Source: Lingula anatina (taxonomy: Eukaryota > Animalia > Brachiopoda). From it: a stretch of DNA of 64,000 nt. The stretch's first letter is position 1. The number at the start of each line of letters is the position of its first letter. Shown one piece after another: positions 40,925 to 52,803 of the stretch. The notes beneath the pieces are model-generated. The model was not told where the DNA came from and ran no database searches. It worked only from the letters and a program-made list of their open reading frames with translations. The stretch spans positions 32,928,401-32,992,400 of the forward strand of contig CM120641.1 of the NCBI GenBank assembly GCA_051362555.1, read 5' to 3'. A program made the position numbers and the translations under genes.

Positions 40925-41390
40925 TCCCCACCTGACACCCCTCCAGAGGAATGGACTCGACCCACCTGAAGCCCCTCCAAGAAATGGACTTGCCCTACCT
41001 GACGCCCCTCCAAGGAGATGGACTCGCCCCACCTGACACCCCTCCAAGAAATGGACTTGCCCTACCTGACGCCCCTCCAAGGAGATAGACTCGCCCCACC
41101 TGACACCCCTCCAAGAAAATGGACTCAGCCCACCTGACACCCCTCCAAAGGAATGGACTCACCCCACCTGACACCCCTTCAAGGGAATGGACTCACCCCA
41201 CCTGACGCCCCCTTCCAAGGGAATGGACTAGCCCCACCTGACGCCCCTCCAAGGGAATGGACTAGCCCCACTTGACCCCCCCCTCCAAGGGAATGGACTC
41301 GCCCCACCTGACACCCCCCTCCATTGGAATGGATTAGCCCCACCTGACACCCCTCCAAGGAATGGACTAGCCCCAATTGACATCCCTCCT
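40925..41390. repeat. GC-rich minisatellite, ~35-38-bp unit, about a dozen copies
   Basis: Head-to-tail CCCCACCTGAC[A/G]CCCCTCCAAGG(G)AATGGACT[C/A]G units with no unique spacers. Confidence 0.95.
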
Positions 41391-41689
41391 GAAGAAATGT
41401 ACCCACCCTTGTACACACTTTTGAGCAGTTGTCATGGATATAAGTGGGTGTAGCTTCATACGGAACCTGACACCCGTAAAGTACTATTGACCTGTAATCG
41501 CCATTGTTGTCCACATCTTCACTTATTCACCCCTGTGTAAGCTGACCTTCCGAGCAAGGTTTTTGGAATGTACTTCTTAAAGTTAAGGTAAAACAATTCA
41601 CTAGTTCATCATTAACACCAAACAACTATCAAGATGACTTAAGGACACATAATAAATCATTTTGATAAAGTTCTTTACGGTGTTGATGG

Positions 41690-42290
41690 CTATTAGAACC
41701 TTCTTGGAAGTAACAAACACTAAGTTATCATTATTATCAATCTGCCATTCTGGCAGACTCTTACTCCGACGAAAGTCGCTTCTGAATTTCCTCCAGGCTA
41801 GATCCGCATACAAAACAGCATTGCTTTGAGCATTTTAATGTTGATGACATTTCATTTATTATTAAAATAATAATAAGAGTGGGCCTATTATACACCACCG
41901 AGGAACTCCCTGTGATATTCCAGCAGGATTAAAGATCGTACTATTAATTCCCACTGCCTGGGTATGGTCTATGGGATTTGGACTATTTTCAAATTTGTTT
42001 CTGTAGTCCTAGTATTAGTTTTTGTAACAGAATTTGGTGGTTTAACCAGTATACCTTGATATATATAACCTTGTAGGGACGTTATCAAAACGTTCTGTGC
42101 TTTCTGGATAGGTTAAACAACAGATCTAGATGAGTCGGTCGATGAAGACACAGATAGACACAGTGCTCAGAATATATTAGAACATACAATATCAGTACAT
42201 ACACCTTTAATTTCGCTGAATAATTTCTGTTTACTTTATGTTATAATACTGCATTAGATTCCGGACCAATATATCTGGAACTCCCTAGCC
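41690..42290 (-). mobile_element. Decayed LINE reverse-transcriptase fragments
   Basis: Minus strand ~41920-41800 resembles GVPQGSILGPLLF..IN....LYAD with frameshifts; a GP.IWNSL-like LINE tail on the plus strand ~42260-42287. Confidence 0.55.
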
Positions 42291-42291
42291 C

Positions 42292-42440
42292 TGGCCCCCG
42301 TTTCACAAAGAATCTTAAATCCGTAGTTGACTATCTCGAGCTGGATGACCTAGCTAGGTCGACTACGCTGCAGTCGACTAGGAGTGTTTCACAAAGAATC
42401 TAACGACTTAGCTTGGCGTGCTTACCGTAGTCGACGCACA
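42292..42440. mobile_element. Harbinger-like MITE end
   Basis: GGCCCCCGTTTCACAAAGAATCT, with GTTTCACAAAGAATCT repeated internally. Confidence 0.45.
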
Positions 42441-43198
42441 CGAGAAACTCTTCAAGAAAATTAAAATAAATTAAAAGAAATTTAAATAATATATTTGAAA
42501 GTCAATAACCACTTGATGTGTCCAATTTGCATTGCTACATGTCATTTATGTCAACTACAAGCTTTTCTAACTGTCGTGACACAACGTTGACAGACTTTAG
42601 CTCTAATGAGATCACACATAGTTAGTTAAGTTAGTTTTATTCCCATTCAATGGGAACAGCTATTATTATAATATACAGGTTTTACCAATATTTAACAAAT
42701 ATTGAGCCAAACAAAGTCTTATATATTTACATAGGCCCGAAATTCAAGCACTAGAAATGTTATTCAAATGTTAACAATATTTAATTGAAGGCTGAGACAA
42801 AACAAAGTTCACAAAATTCCCTTACATTTTTTCTAGATATAGGTACTCAAAGTGCAATGTCTTTAATTGCTATTTTAACATGTTAAAACACGCGGTTGTC
42901 AGTATGAAGCTATAACCACTCAGCTATGACAGCGCTCTGGTCATATATTTAAAATATTTTGATATGTCGATTCATTTGTTATCCATTTATTTCTTATATA
43001 TGCTACTGTCAACGTGCTATGTTATTTTTTAAAAATAAAACCAGACGATACTGATATCACGATCCTCGATACAGTCAAGATGTTTCCTTTAACGTATTTT
43101 ATTTTGCACAATGTCTATAACAACTATAATCAGTGCAAACCTGGCAACGCATCACGTTTTATCTGGTTTGGTACATAGTAAAACATGCATTATGTTAA

Positions 43199-46100
43199 CT
43201 ACAGAAATGTCATCGTGCTTGACTGAAACGTGTAAGGCCGTGCCGATCCTTCGATGCGCCGCCGTTTACAGTTCAAACTTTTTTCATGCATTTTCAGGAT
43301 TTCTTCAAGTCTTTCTTTCTCTTCCCGAAGTTTTTCTATTTCATACCTTTGGCTCTTTTCTTTACCCTCTTCACGCAGCTCTTCCTGCAATCGGAATAAC
43401 GCAAGTAGTTACAAAGTAAGGCAGGCTCGGTGCAGAAAAAGAAATTTGACAAGTTCCTGCAATATATAACGTGCGTATTAAAACCGCAATGGACAAATTT
43501 ATCCATTATTTTGATCGAGATTGATGTACTTTTCCGGCACTACTGATGTCGGAATTATTTATTTATTCAGAGATCTGCTTCAAAATTCATCTCCATATAT
43601 AATGCCATGATGAATAATGCCATGATGATCTCAAAATAACATCATTTTTGTTTGTTTTTTTAATAACTTTGAATTTATTAACATTAATCAGTCACAAACC
43701 TCGCTTCATTTCAAAGAAAAAAGGAAAGCAAATTACTTCCTTTGCTTTGACTAAAAATATATTTGAAAATACATTAACTTCACCTGCATGAGAGAGTACA
43801 TTTTTTCCTTCTGCTTCTTTCTGCACTTTTGTGCTGCCTCCTTGTTTTTAGCTCGTCTTTCTTCTAAAAATGGTCCATCTTCCTTGTTTTGCTCCAAAGC
43901 ACCCTGAAACAACATGGTAACGGTACACATTTTAACTGAGCCACAGAAAAAGATACTCAAGGAATACATGAGGAACTTCTTTCCTGAGTTTGTTTTATTG
44001 AAAATTCCTTTGAAATACGAAAATGATGGATGATAAATGAAAATAAAAGATATTGAGTAAATATCGGGGCAGTCGTGGCCGAGTGGTTAAGGCGACAGAC
44101 TAGAAATCTGTTGGGGTCTCCCCGCACAGGTTCGAATCCTGTCGACTGCGGTGCTGTTTTGTTACTTACAGAGTGCAAAGAGCCGCAGGGTATGTGCCCC
44201 CCCCCCCCCCAACATATATAAATGTCACCTTTTAAGTTTGTTTTTACTGGCGACTCCTTTAAAATACTAAATGCTGAATCAATTCGGGTTCTTTTTGCTC
44301 TAAAAAACAAAACGTCATGTAGTCAACAGAGCAGTCGGCGACAGACTAGAAATCTGTTGGAGTCTCCGCGCACAGGCTCGAGTATTGTCGTCTGTGAATT
44401 TATTGTGGATTGTACATTGGCCTATGAGCCGCGGGGGATCTGAAGGGTTAACCCTTCCCACCCACCCGCGCACACACACGCACGGACACACATACACGCA
44501 CAGTTTTCTTTCAATCTCGGCAGTCCTAAGTACAGGAAACAAGGAGTCACAGGCTGATGTTTCACTTCATATTCACAGTTACTTTTCTGGTTAAACAGTA
44601 ATATATTATGCATTATTTTGTACTAGTGAAATTTTGCCTAGAATTGACGGTATCACTCAGCTTGAAACTGGTAGACAGTGTGGGCTAAAGGCATTGTCAA
44701 CCCTTTAAAGATGAATGTATACTTCATTAAAAAAGTCAATTTACAGAGTGGTCCATAAAAAAGAACCTATTTTACTTTCCATCTCAATTTTGATACAATA
44801 AATATATTACTAACTTTCTTTTACCAAATTTTTCTACAAGGATGACCGTTTTACTCTTGCAAATTCTGCAAGAAAGTTGGAAATATCTTAATTAAATGTA
44901 TCTCAAAATTGAGATGGAAAGTAAAATAGATGCTTTTTGATGGAACACCTTTTAGATCGTGGACAGAGACCACATATGCTATCTTCATTTCTAAAGAATT
45001 GTCAACAATATGTACTGATTGTCGTCGTAAAAATAAAAATATATCATCTTATATAGCATATTGACGGACAATTTTATCGTCGTAAACGTTCAATTCAAAT
45101 AATAAAATGGAGTGTCCTGTTTGCACAAATCACTGTTTTTCTCAAATTCCTACTACGATGACCAGTCACAAAACCATTTAGAATGCGAGAAAGTTATTTT
45201 AAGTGGACTTTTAATGTTTGATTCGATTCACTTCATCTTTTTGATTTAAAGATTCAGTCTTTTTAAAAACGTAACTTAATGCTGTTGGAAACTGATTTTG
45301 TAGGCAAAATAAAACCAAATTGTTTGGTTTTAAATGCTACTGAATGGAAAGCAAGGTGAAGTAAAAAAAAAATTGACCTTTCTTATATTCTCCATCATCA
45401 CATACAAATGAAATTCATTCAAACATGCACGTATTTGCACCTCAGCATACATCTGCAGGCTGACACCCCAGTCAACCAATGCCCAAGTTCGCGATCAAGC
45501 AAAGGTAACATTTCACAAGCTATATTTCTCGTTGCATGAATGCAAGGTTTCTGGCGCGAAATGCAAAATAAATGGTTTAATAATCACTTTGTTTCCTTTC
45601 GTTTAACTTGACATTTTCTTTTCGTATTGGGTTTTTTGCTGAACTCATGCTTTTTCTGTGTTTCCAAAATGTCTATCCAGTAAGCTTCCGCATACTTGCA
45701 TTCTATTAAATATCGCGCGAGCGTTTGGGAAATTACCTGTCTCGGTCACGTGACAAAAAATTCCCCTGACTAGTTATTTTGGGGACTCTTACAATTGGTC
45801 GTCATGGCCGGGAACGTAAATCAGTACTTAAACCTTTCATGTTTTTAATGTGAGTCAATTGTGGTAACTGAAAATTTTTACTGATTTACAGAAACCAAAA
45901 TAGTTAAATACAGTATGGACGCACACAAAAAAGGTCTTTGCGAAGTAATAATTAAGTAACAATTTAACAAACTCTTTGTTATAATGCCCTAATTAAAATC
46001 CCCTTTTTAAAATTCCCCCTTCTCGAAATATCTTGGTCGAAAATCCCCCTTCAAAATGACTGTGAAATAGCTTAGAACCTCTAACAGCGCCAAGTTAAGG

Positions 46101-46330
46101 CGTAAATCAAAAAAAATTTTAAATAGCCATTTTACGCTTTGTAAGCCTCTTTAAACCATATATTTTATCTTTAGCTTCGACCACAAACATGAAATAATCA
46201 TATGTAGGCAGCATGAAAATTTTGCACACATTTAGAATTAGACCTATATGAAATGATCACAGTAGGGCCTATAATATCAAAGCGTTTTGGGGGCCCACCA
46301 AAATGTTTCGCACGTCAAAAAAAAAAAAAA

Positions 46331-46369
<39 letters not shown>

Positions 46370-46723
46370 AATAAAATAAATAAATAAATAAATGATAATA
46401 ATAAATAAATAAATAAATAAAATAAAAATTACCGTTTCAATTTTTTCCAGCACGATTGGAATAGGCCTATCTCCTTGCCCAGATGAGTACCTACGATGAA
46501 GTATGGAGAACTTCAGTTCCTCTTTGACAATTGCACTGCTATTGCCTTCTTCTAGAGCTAATACATTTGCCTCCTCAAAGTCGATGCTCGAGCTGAAAGT
46601 GGGAAGATCTGGCGTCTGTGGTGTGGTGACACTTGGTCCAGCAGGATTCCAGTCGGTTTCCGTAGCATCACTGCTGAAGGTGCTGCAATCGCTCGAGTTA
46701 CTTGCAATTTTTTTACGTGCCAT
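43199..46723 (-). CDS. ATF3/JDP2-like (AP-1 family) bZIP transcription factor. Exons 46433-46723, 43784-43903, 43199-43384
   Basis: VKEELKFSI motif (cf. ATF3 VKEELRFAI), basic region RRAKNKEAAQKCRKKQKEK with the invariant Asn and Arg, zipper ending L..L..H; phase-0 GT-AG introns. Confidence 0.85.
44069..44150 (+). tRNA. tRNA-Ser (anticodon AGA)
   Basis: 82 nt; acceptor stem GCAGTCG/CGACTGC, A box TGGCCGAGTGG, anticodon stem ACAGA/TCTGT with loop CTAGAAA, long variable arm, B box GGTTCGAATCC, TTTT terminator at 44157. Confidence 0.95.
44331..44396 (+). pseudogene. tRNA-Ser(AGA) pseudogene lacking the D arm
   Basis: GCAGTCG joined directly to GCGACAGACTAGAAATCTGTTGG; A box deleted and B box mutated (GGCTCGAGTAT). 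Confidence 0.85.
46330..46425. repeat. (TAAA)n microsatellite
   Basis: Tandem AAAT run at the start of bZIP intron 1. Confidence 0.95.
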
Positions 46724-47118
46724 GGCACGGCGTTCTCATGTGGTGTCTCTATTCGCAGTTCTAAATATAAGATGCAGCGTGTCGTATGACGATCGGCTGG
46801 GCGATCACTATGTAATGTTGACAAAGCTGGTTACATGTGGCCACGGTTGACACTCAAATGACCGGCTGCTAGAAGGTTATAAGATCACAGTATTTGAAAA
46901 ACCGATCGTTTATACAGGTAAAACTATCTCATTCTCATATGCAAAGTGAATTAGTTGGACCTCCGCCTAGGAATATAATCGAATAATGACACGCCAGTTG
47001 AGGGTCTATTTTTAGAAAGGGGCTTTCCATAGTTTTGTTTATTTTGTTTGTTACGAAGTTAAAGGAGCCACTTAGACACATATTAATTATATTTAATCTA
47101 TACTTTGACATCCATAAA

Positions 47119-47120
<2 letters not shown>

Positions 47121-47178
<58 letters not shown>
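47121..47178. repeat. (TA)n microsatellite
   Basis: Dinucleotide run upstream of the bZIP gene. Confidence 0.95.
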
Positions 47179-47184
<6 letters not shown>

Positions 47185-47492
47185 ACCTAGAATCCACTTA
47201 TAATTGTGCCTAGTGTCAACACATAGGATTTAGGATTTCCGAGATGACGTCGTTTATTGTTCGCGAGCCAAAGGAAAACACCGCCGCGTTTAATTTTGGC
47301 AAAACTTCAAATTTGTGAGAACGACCAATATTCTTCTTCTTCCTCATTGGCATTTGGTGTGTTTATGGGCACTAATATAACTCTGTAGTTGGTCGCTCAA
47401 TGTCTCCAAAATGATTGAATGAATACTTAATGAATAAATAAAATATAAAAATATTTAACGATCTTCTACCAGACAACCACGTGGCAAATGGC

Positions 47493-47618
47493 TACCCTCT
47501 ACCAGGGTGACAGATATAAGCAAATTTTCCAAAAAGCCAGAGAATCGAATGACTTTCTCTTTATCTAAAAACAAATCTGTGTGTGTGAAAAATCAATCTG
47601 TGGCCCTGGCAGAGGGTA
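47493..47618. mobile_element. MITE family A copy
   Basis: TACCCTCTACCAGGG ... CCCTGGCAGAGGGTA termini, same as 2049-2220. Confidence 0.75.
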
Positions 47619-50600
47619 GCGATTGGCCGGTGAGCGTCAGTTCCATTTTTAACGCATCAGATAAAATTAAAAAAAAAAAAAATGGGTTATGGTGCGTGAA
47701 TGGAATGGTCGCGGAGCAGTGTTGATTATCAGGATGAATATAAATTAATAGTTTACTTTTTATGAGTCATTTTTTTTAGATTTCCTGGAAATAAATTTAA
47801 TCAATCTTTTTATAACCATTCACTTTTCAAATCCAAACCCAATAAAACAAATAAATAACCATTTCATGCATTTTGTCTATTTTAATCAAGCATTATTATT
47901 TTGCGTTAGGACAGTCCCAGTTTTGAGATTCGTTTCAGCAAAAATTTTACGTTTTTGTAAGCTCAGCAATTTTAATAAAAACTTGATTGTTTGGCAAGTG
48001 CTACCAGTCTTGCAGAAATAAGCAATGCCGTCCTTGATAAACAAGTGTTAAGTGTATATATTTTTTGAGACTTGAAATGAGCCCTATTTATTTTATCAGT
48101 TTTCTAGTTTTATACATAAAACAGGGGGGATTGTAAGAGTTTCCTTTAAAAAACTTTTTTCTTGAGGTAAACGGTATTTTTCTCAACCCAACCTATTTTC
48201 CCTCTTTATTACTCTCTCCATAACTCTGTAACCATCTGGAAAAAATTTAATTCAAATAATTAAAGGGATGAGAACTCTTCATATGAGATCCAAACTTTAC
48301 AATGAATACCTTGTAAACCACCCACAGAAATATAATCAATTTTATTTTACCACAAAGACGGCTGTTATCACAATTATTCTGGAATCTTTGCTTGCCATCG
48401 AACCACATGAACTCCATAGATGGCTACCTTCTCGTCCTTCTGTTATCTCTTAAGAGATTATGACAAAAAAAAAAAAAAAAGCAGGGAGTAAGTTTGAAGT
48501 TGAAATGGATTCATTAGCCATTGGTTAGTATGGGAAAATTGTTTCTACCCCAGGAAAATCCATTTTTTTTGCCTAAATGAACTTATTACTTTAATTATTA
48601 GACAAGAACAGGATTATCAAACAGGAGGACTGTTGTTTCATCTCAGTCTTTATTGCCAAGCATCACAGACTGGCAATTCACATAAATGATACAAGGCAAT
48701 TAATTCCGAATTTGAAGAGTCAAACATATTAAAATATCAATTACTATCAAATCCATTTATCACTCACTACCTGGTCATTTTATAACCAAAGTCAGGGCAA
48801 GGATTTGTTGAATTATTACAATCATAACAAATTGCACCCAACATTTTGTTCAAAAGACATATTTTTCATTATGAATTATGAGCAGAAGTACAAAATTGCA
48901 ACAAAATAATCCTTTTTCACAATATCCGCAAGTCAAGCAGTCAAGAAAGAATCGATGAGAAAAAGTTTATTTACACACGTCACTAATACATTTATCTGCT
49001 CAAAAAGAAAAAAAAAAAAAAAAACTGGACTGAAATCCAAGTTAATATACTTTTTATTAAGGTCCACCGTGATCAGGCAATTACATAGCACATGTTCACA
49101 CACTGTGTAAAGAATCTCTTCTTAAAGTTGAAAACAGATGTTTGCAAATCATTTAATTGATAAATAACTTTATATGAAATACCACTCTTTGTCTAACCTA
49201 ATCACATGGGAGACACGTAATTCAAAGAATGCATCTTGGTTAACAGTTTTTTCAACAGTTTCTTTCAAAACGCTGTCAAGACTTTGATATTCGTGGATCC
49301 TTTAAATCTTTCTCATGAACCTTTCCCAGTTTTATTTTGGCTTCATCCAGTTTCTTTTTCCTCTGCTTGTCAAAGTATTCTCTCTATAAAGAATAATAAA
49401 ATGTAATACACAATGAGAACTGGACTGCTTTATAGAAACATATTTGTGATTTGGGGAGAAATAAGTGAAAGAATATTCTTGATGTTCATCACTAGTTTGA
49501 AACAAAGGGAAACCAAAAACTCTTTTTAAAACAATTTTACAATTAACCAATCTAAAATAGATAATGTACATAACAAATTTTATGGAGATGGAGCTTTTAC
49601 TGTTTTATTTTATAGAGACATTTGTGCCCCAAAATTGTTCAATAAACTGTCTTTTCATATTAGAGCTGAAAGTAATCAACGCAGTTTTAAAAACTCTTTG
49701 AAAACTGATCTTTGTAAAAGTTTATAAGATTAATGTTTCTAAACTTTTAGAGTAAGCCTGCAATTAGTCAAGCTTTAATTCTTAAGTATTTTTATATTTT
49801 AATTGTAAAGTGCACTGTAATGTAAAAAATGGAATGCCCCAAATAAAAAATATATTATTTTTTTTTATTATATTATTTTTTATTATATATTATAAACTCT
49901 ACTTACCCACACTCCTGGACAATTTTCCATGTAGTCTTTTTTTAAATTTTCACATTTACTTCCATCACTGTTTTCATTTAAACAGTTGTGGTAGAGATCT
50001 CTTGAATCCCAACATTTCTTCCTCTGTTCTTTGTTCTGTATTGGCATATTTATACAATAAATTGTGTTTACACATACCTGTAAAGATAAGAAGGAACAAT
50101 TGTAGTGTTTTTGTAGAATATCTTCACCGTATTTTCAGACATTATATAGTAAAAAAAACTTGTTTTGCTCCTGGCTGTACCTATTGAAATACACCATATA
50201 CCAACCACAAGATTTATGTTCGATGCGTTTTGGGTTTGTGAAGGGGGGCATGTAATTGTGTCATGCCACAATAGATATGCCTGGCAAAATACTGGATAAC
50301 ACATGCAGACTCAGAGTGTCTCAAGTTTTAGATGTTGGGCATGGGGTCTGAATATTTTAATTAAAATGGCTACTTGGTATACGATTCATGTGATAAATTG
50401 AAAGTATTGTTATCATATAATAAAAAGGCTATGAATAAGGAAACATGAATATTTACAAATACTCACGAAAATTCAGTGATAACATTAGATGCAAGCTAAC
50501 CAGTCCTAGTTATCTAACACGTTATGCCTTTAAAGGAAGACGACCTGTTAGCTACCCGGAAGATACGACCCAGTCTCGAAATAATAGTTCCTTATTGTAG

Positions 50601-50885
50601 TATTAAGTATCGAATGGATATGAAATGATGCCATTAAAAACCTTACATCATGGTTTTCAAATTGATGTTGAAATGTACCAAGACAAACTAACATGCTTTT
50701 ATGACGAATCTTTTTTTATTTTTGCGTAATAATACATGTACACATCGCGCATGCGTGACCAACAACATGGTGGACATGGAGAGATTTCAAAGGAAGCCAG
50801 TTTGATCAACTCTTAGAAACAAAATCTTAACGGTGGTCAAGGAAAAATCAAAGACAAGACGTTACTCCCTATACCAGCATAGAAG

Positions 50886-52803
50886 ATGGATAGTCCTACT
50901 GAAGGAAGTTTAGTTTTAGGAACAACAAAAAAACATTGCACTTTGTCAAAGGAGGAGGCCGAATATAGCGGTCATCTTCCTGGAAAAACGAAAGAGAATT
51001 CAGGTTTGAATGGCTATATAAAACACTCTTCAGATATGCCATTGCATTCAGAACCAGCAGCCAGAAATGGCACAGAAGATATAAGTGATATTTCAACGGG
51101 CCCACATACTTGCATCAGTTGTGGAGCAGGAACAGAAGATTCTCCAGATGTTGAGAAACTATCCAAATCTGAAGGTCACAGTTGCTCAGGGGAACACAGC
51201 ATCCAATGTTCGTGCACAGACGTTTCCCAACACCTCCAAAGACTCAGTATTGGGGGATTACCTACCCACCAAAGTGCCAACACAGGCAATCAAGTTATTG
51301 AAGGAATTCACTATGTTATTTATGAATCTGAGCTCCAGATGCCTGACATTATGAGACTAATAACGAAAGACTTATCAGAGCCTTATTCTATATACACTTA
51401 CAGATACTTCATTCATAACTGGCCAAAGCTTTGTTTCTTGGTGAGTGTTTGAGTTGGATAAATGTGTTTAGAAAAAACAACCACGTCGCTGTGCTGTAAA
51501 GATCAAATCACGTTTCAAGTAACATCATTCATGTGGTAGTTCAATTGACCCTGAACTGGCAGAAAAGGTATACCTCGGTGTCAAAAAATAAACCTTAGGG
51601 AAATTTTGGATCTAAGACTTAGAACCAAAATTACCATCTATCTATCTAGAGACATATCTGTGGATATCCAAAAAATCTATCTGTTGCCCTGGTAGAGGGT
51701 AATGAAAAGTAGAGGTTGAGATAACTGTAACACTGGCATATGCAATATAAATTCTACTTAATGCCAGGAGAAGGCGTAATAAGCTGATGGGACTTAGCAG
51801 GAGTCCTCGCAGAGTTGGGTCAATCCACTTATGCCAGTGTCTATGGGAATGGTCCTTTAGTAACTAATCAGCTTGTAGGGACTATGTTTAAACAGTAAGC
51901 AGCTAAGTGAACTTTTTCTATAGTCTGTAATTTGTGTAAGTACTTTGAAACAATTTTTCTTATGCAGGCACTAGATGAAGGGAAGTGCATTGGAGCCATT
52001 GTGTGCAAGTTGGACATGCATAAAAAGATGGTTAGAAGAGGTTACATAGCAATGTTAGCTGTAGATCAGGAGTATAGGAGGAAGAAAATAGGTATGATAT
52101 GGTGTAACCTTTAAAGAAAAGGTTGTGTACCTTATAAACTTTGACTGAACTGTCATGACATTTTTTCTGAAAAGACAAACCTAAAATATATTATGTACAA
52201 AGGAATGGATTCCATTGCAAATAAGTACAATTGAATGTGTAAACCCAGATAGATTGTTCACAAAATTATCATCATGATATTGGTCAAAATAGTTGATGTC
52301 AGTGCAGAAATTTGGTTTTTGGGTTGTTTTTTACTTTAACTTCCATTGCTGTTGTAGGTTCAAATCTGGTGCTCAAAGCAATCCATGCAATGATGGCAGA
52401 TGACTGTGATGAGGTGAGTTGAACTTCAGTTAACAACCAGCAGGCTAATTTAAAGCATATGCTGTGGATGGCGAGTGATCTACTATAGACTTTTTATTTT
52501 AATTTTATTTCCATTTTAGGGAATTTGGGGGGGGGGGGGGGGGCACAGTAATTGACAGAGTTGACATGTTTTTTTATTTGTTGGTCAACTCATGGTCTTC
52601 ATGAATATCATGATTTTAAAGCTGTTTGTCATGCAGAAATTCATTGCTTATGTTTTAATTTGCAGGTTGTTTTAGAGACAGAAATAACCAATAAAGCTGC
52701 ACTACGGCTATACGAAAACCTTGGTTTTGTACGTGACAAAAGACTCTTCCGCTATTATTTAAATGGAGTTGATGCACTACGGCTCAAGTTGTGGCTGAGA
52801 TGA
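50886..52803 (+). CDS. NAA30: N-alpha-acetyltransferase 30 (NatC catalytic subunit, MAK3). Exons 50886-51440, 51968-52091, 52358-52413, 52666-52803
   Basis: [105 protein letters not shown]. Confidence 0.97.

Noticed and set aside
40925-41390. CRISPR-like array (repeat length ~36 bp)
   Set aside because: Units are directly adjacent with no unique spacers, there are no cas genes and the context is eukaryotic; it is a minisatellite, and the Gly-rich ORFs over it are by-products
43957-44310. 117-aa minus-strand ORF
   Set aside because: Antisense to the tRNA gene, intronic, no coding hallmarks
46277-46432. Transmembrane-like FIYL tail on the bZIP exon-1 ORF
   Set aside because: Read-through into an intronic (TAAA)n repeat past the donor at 46432
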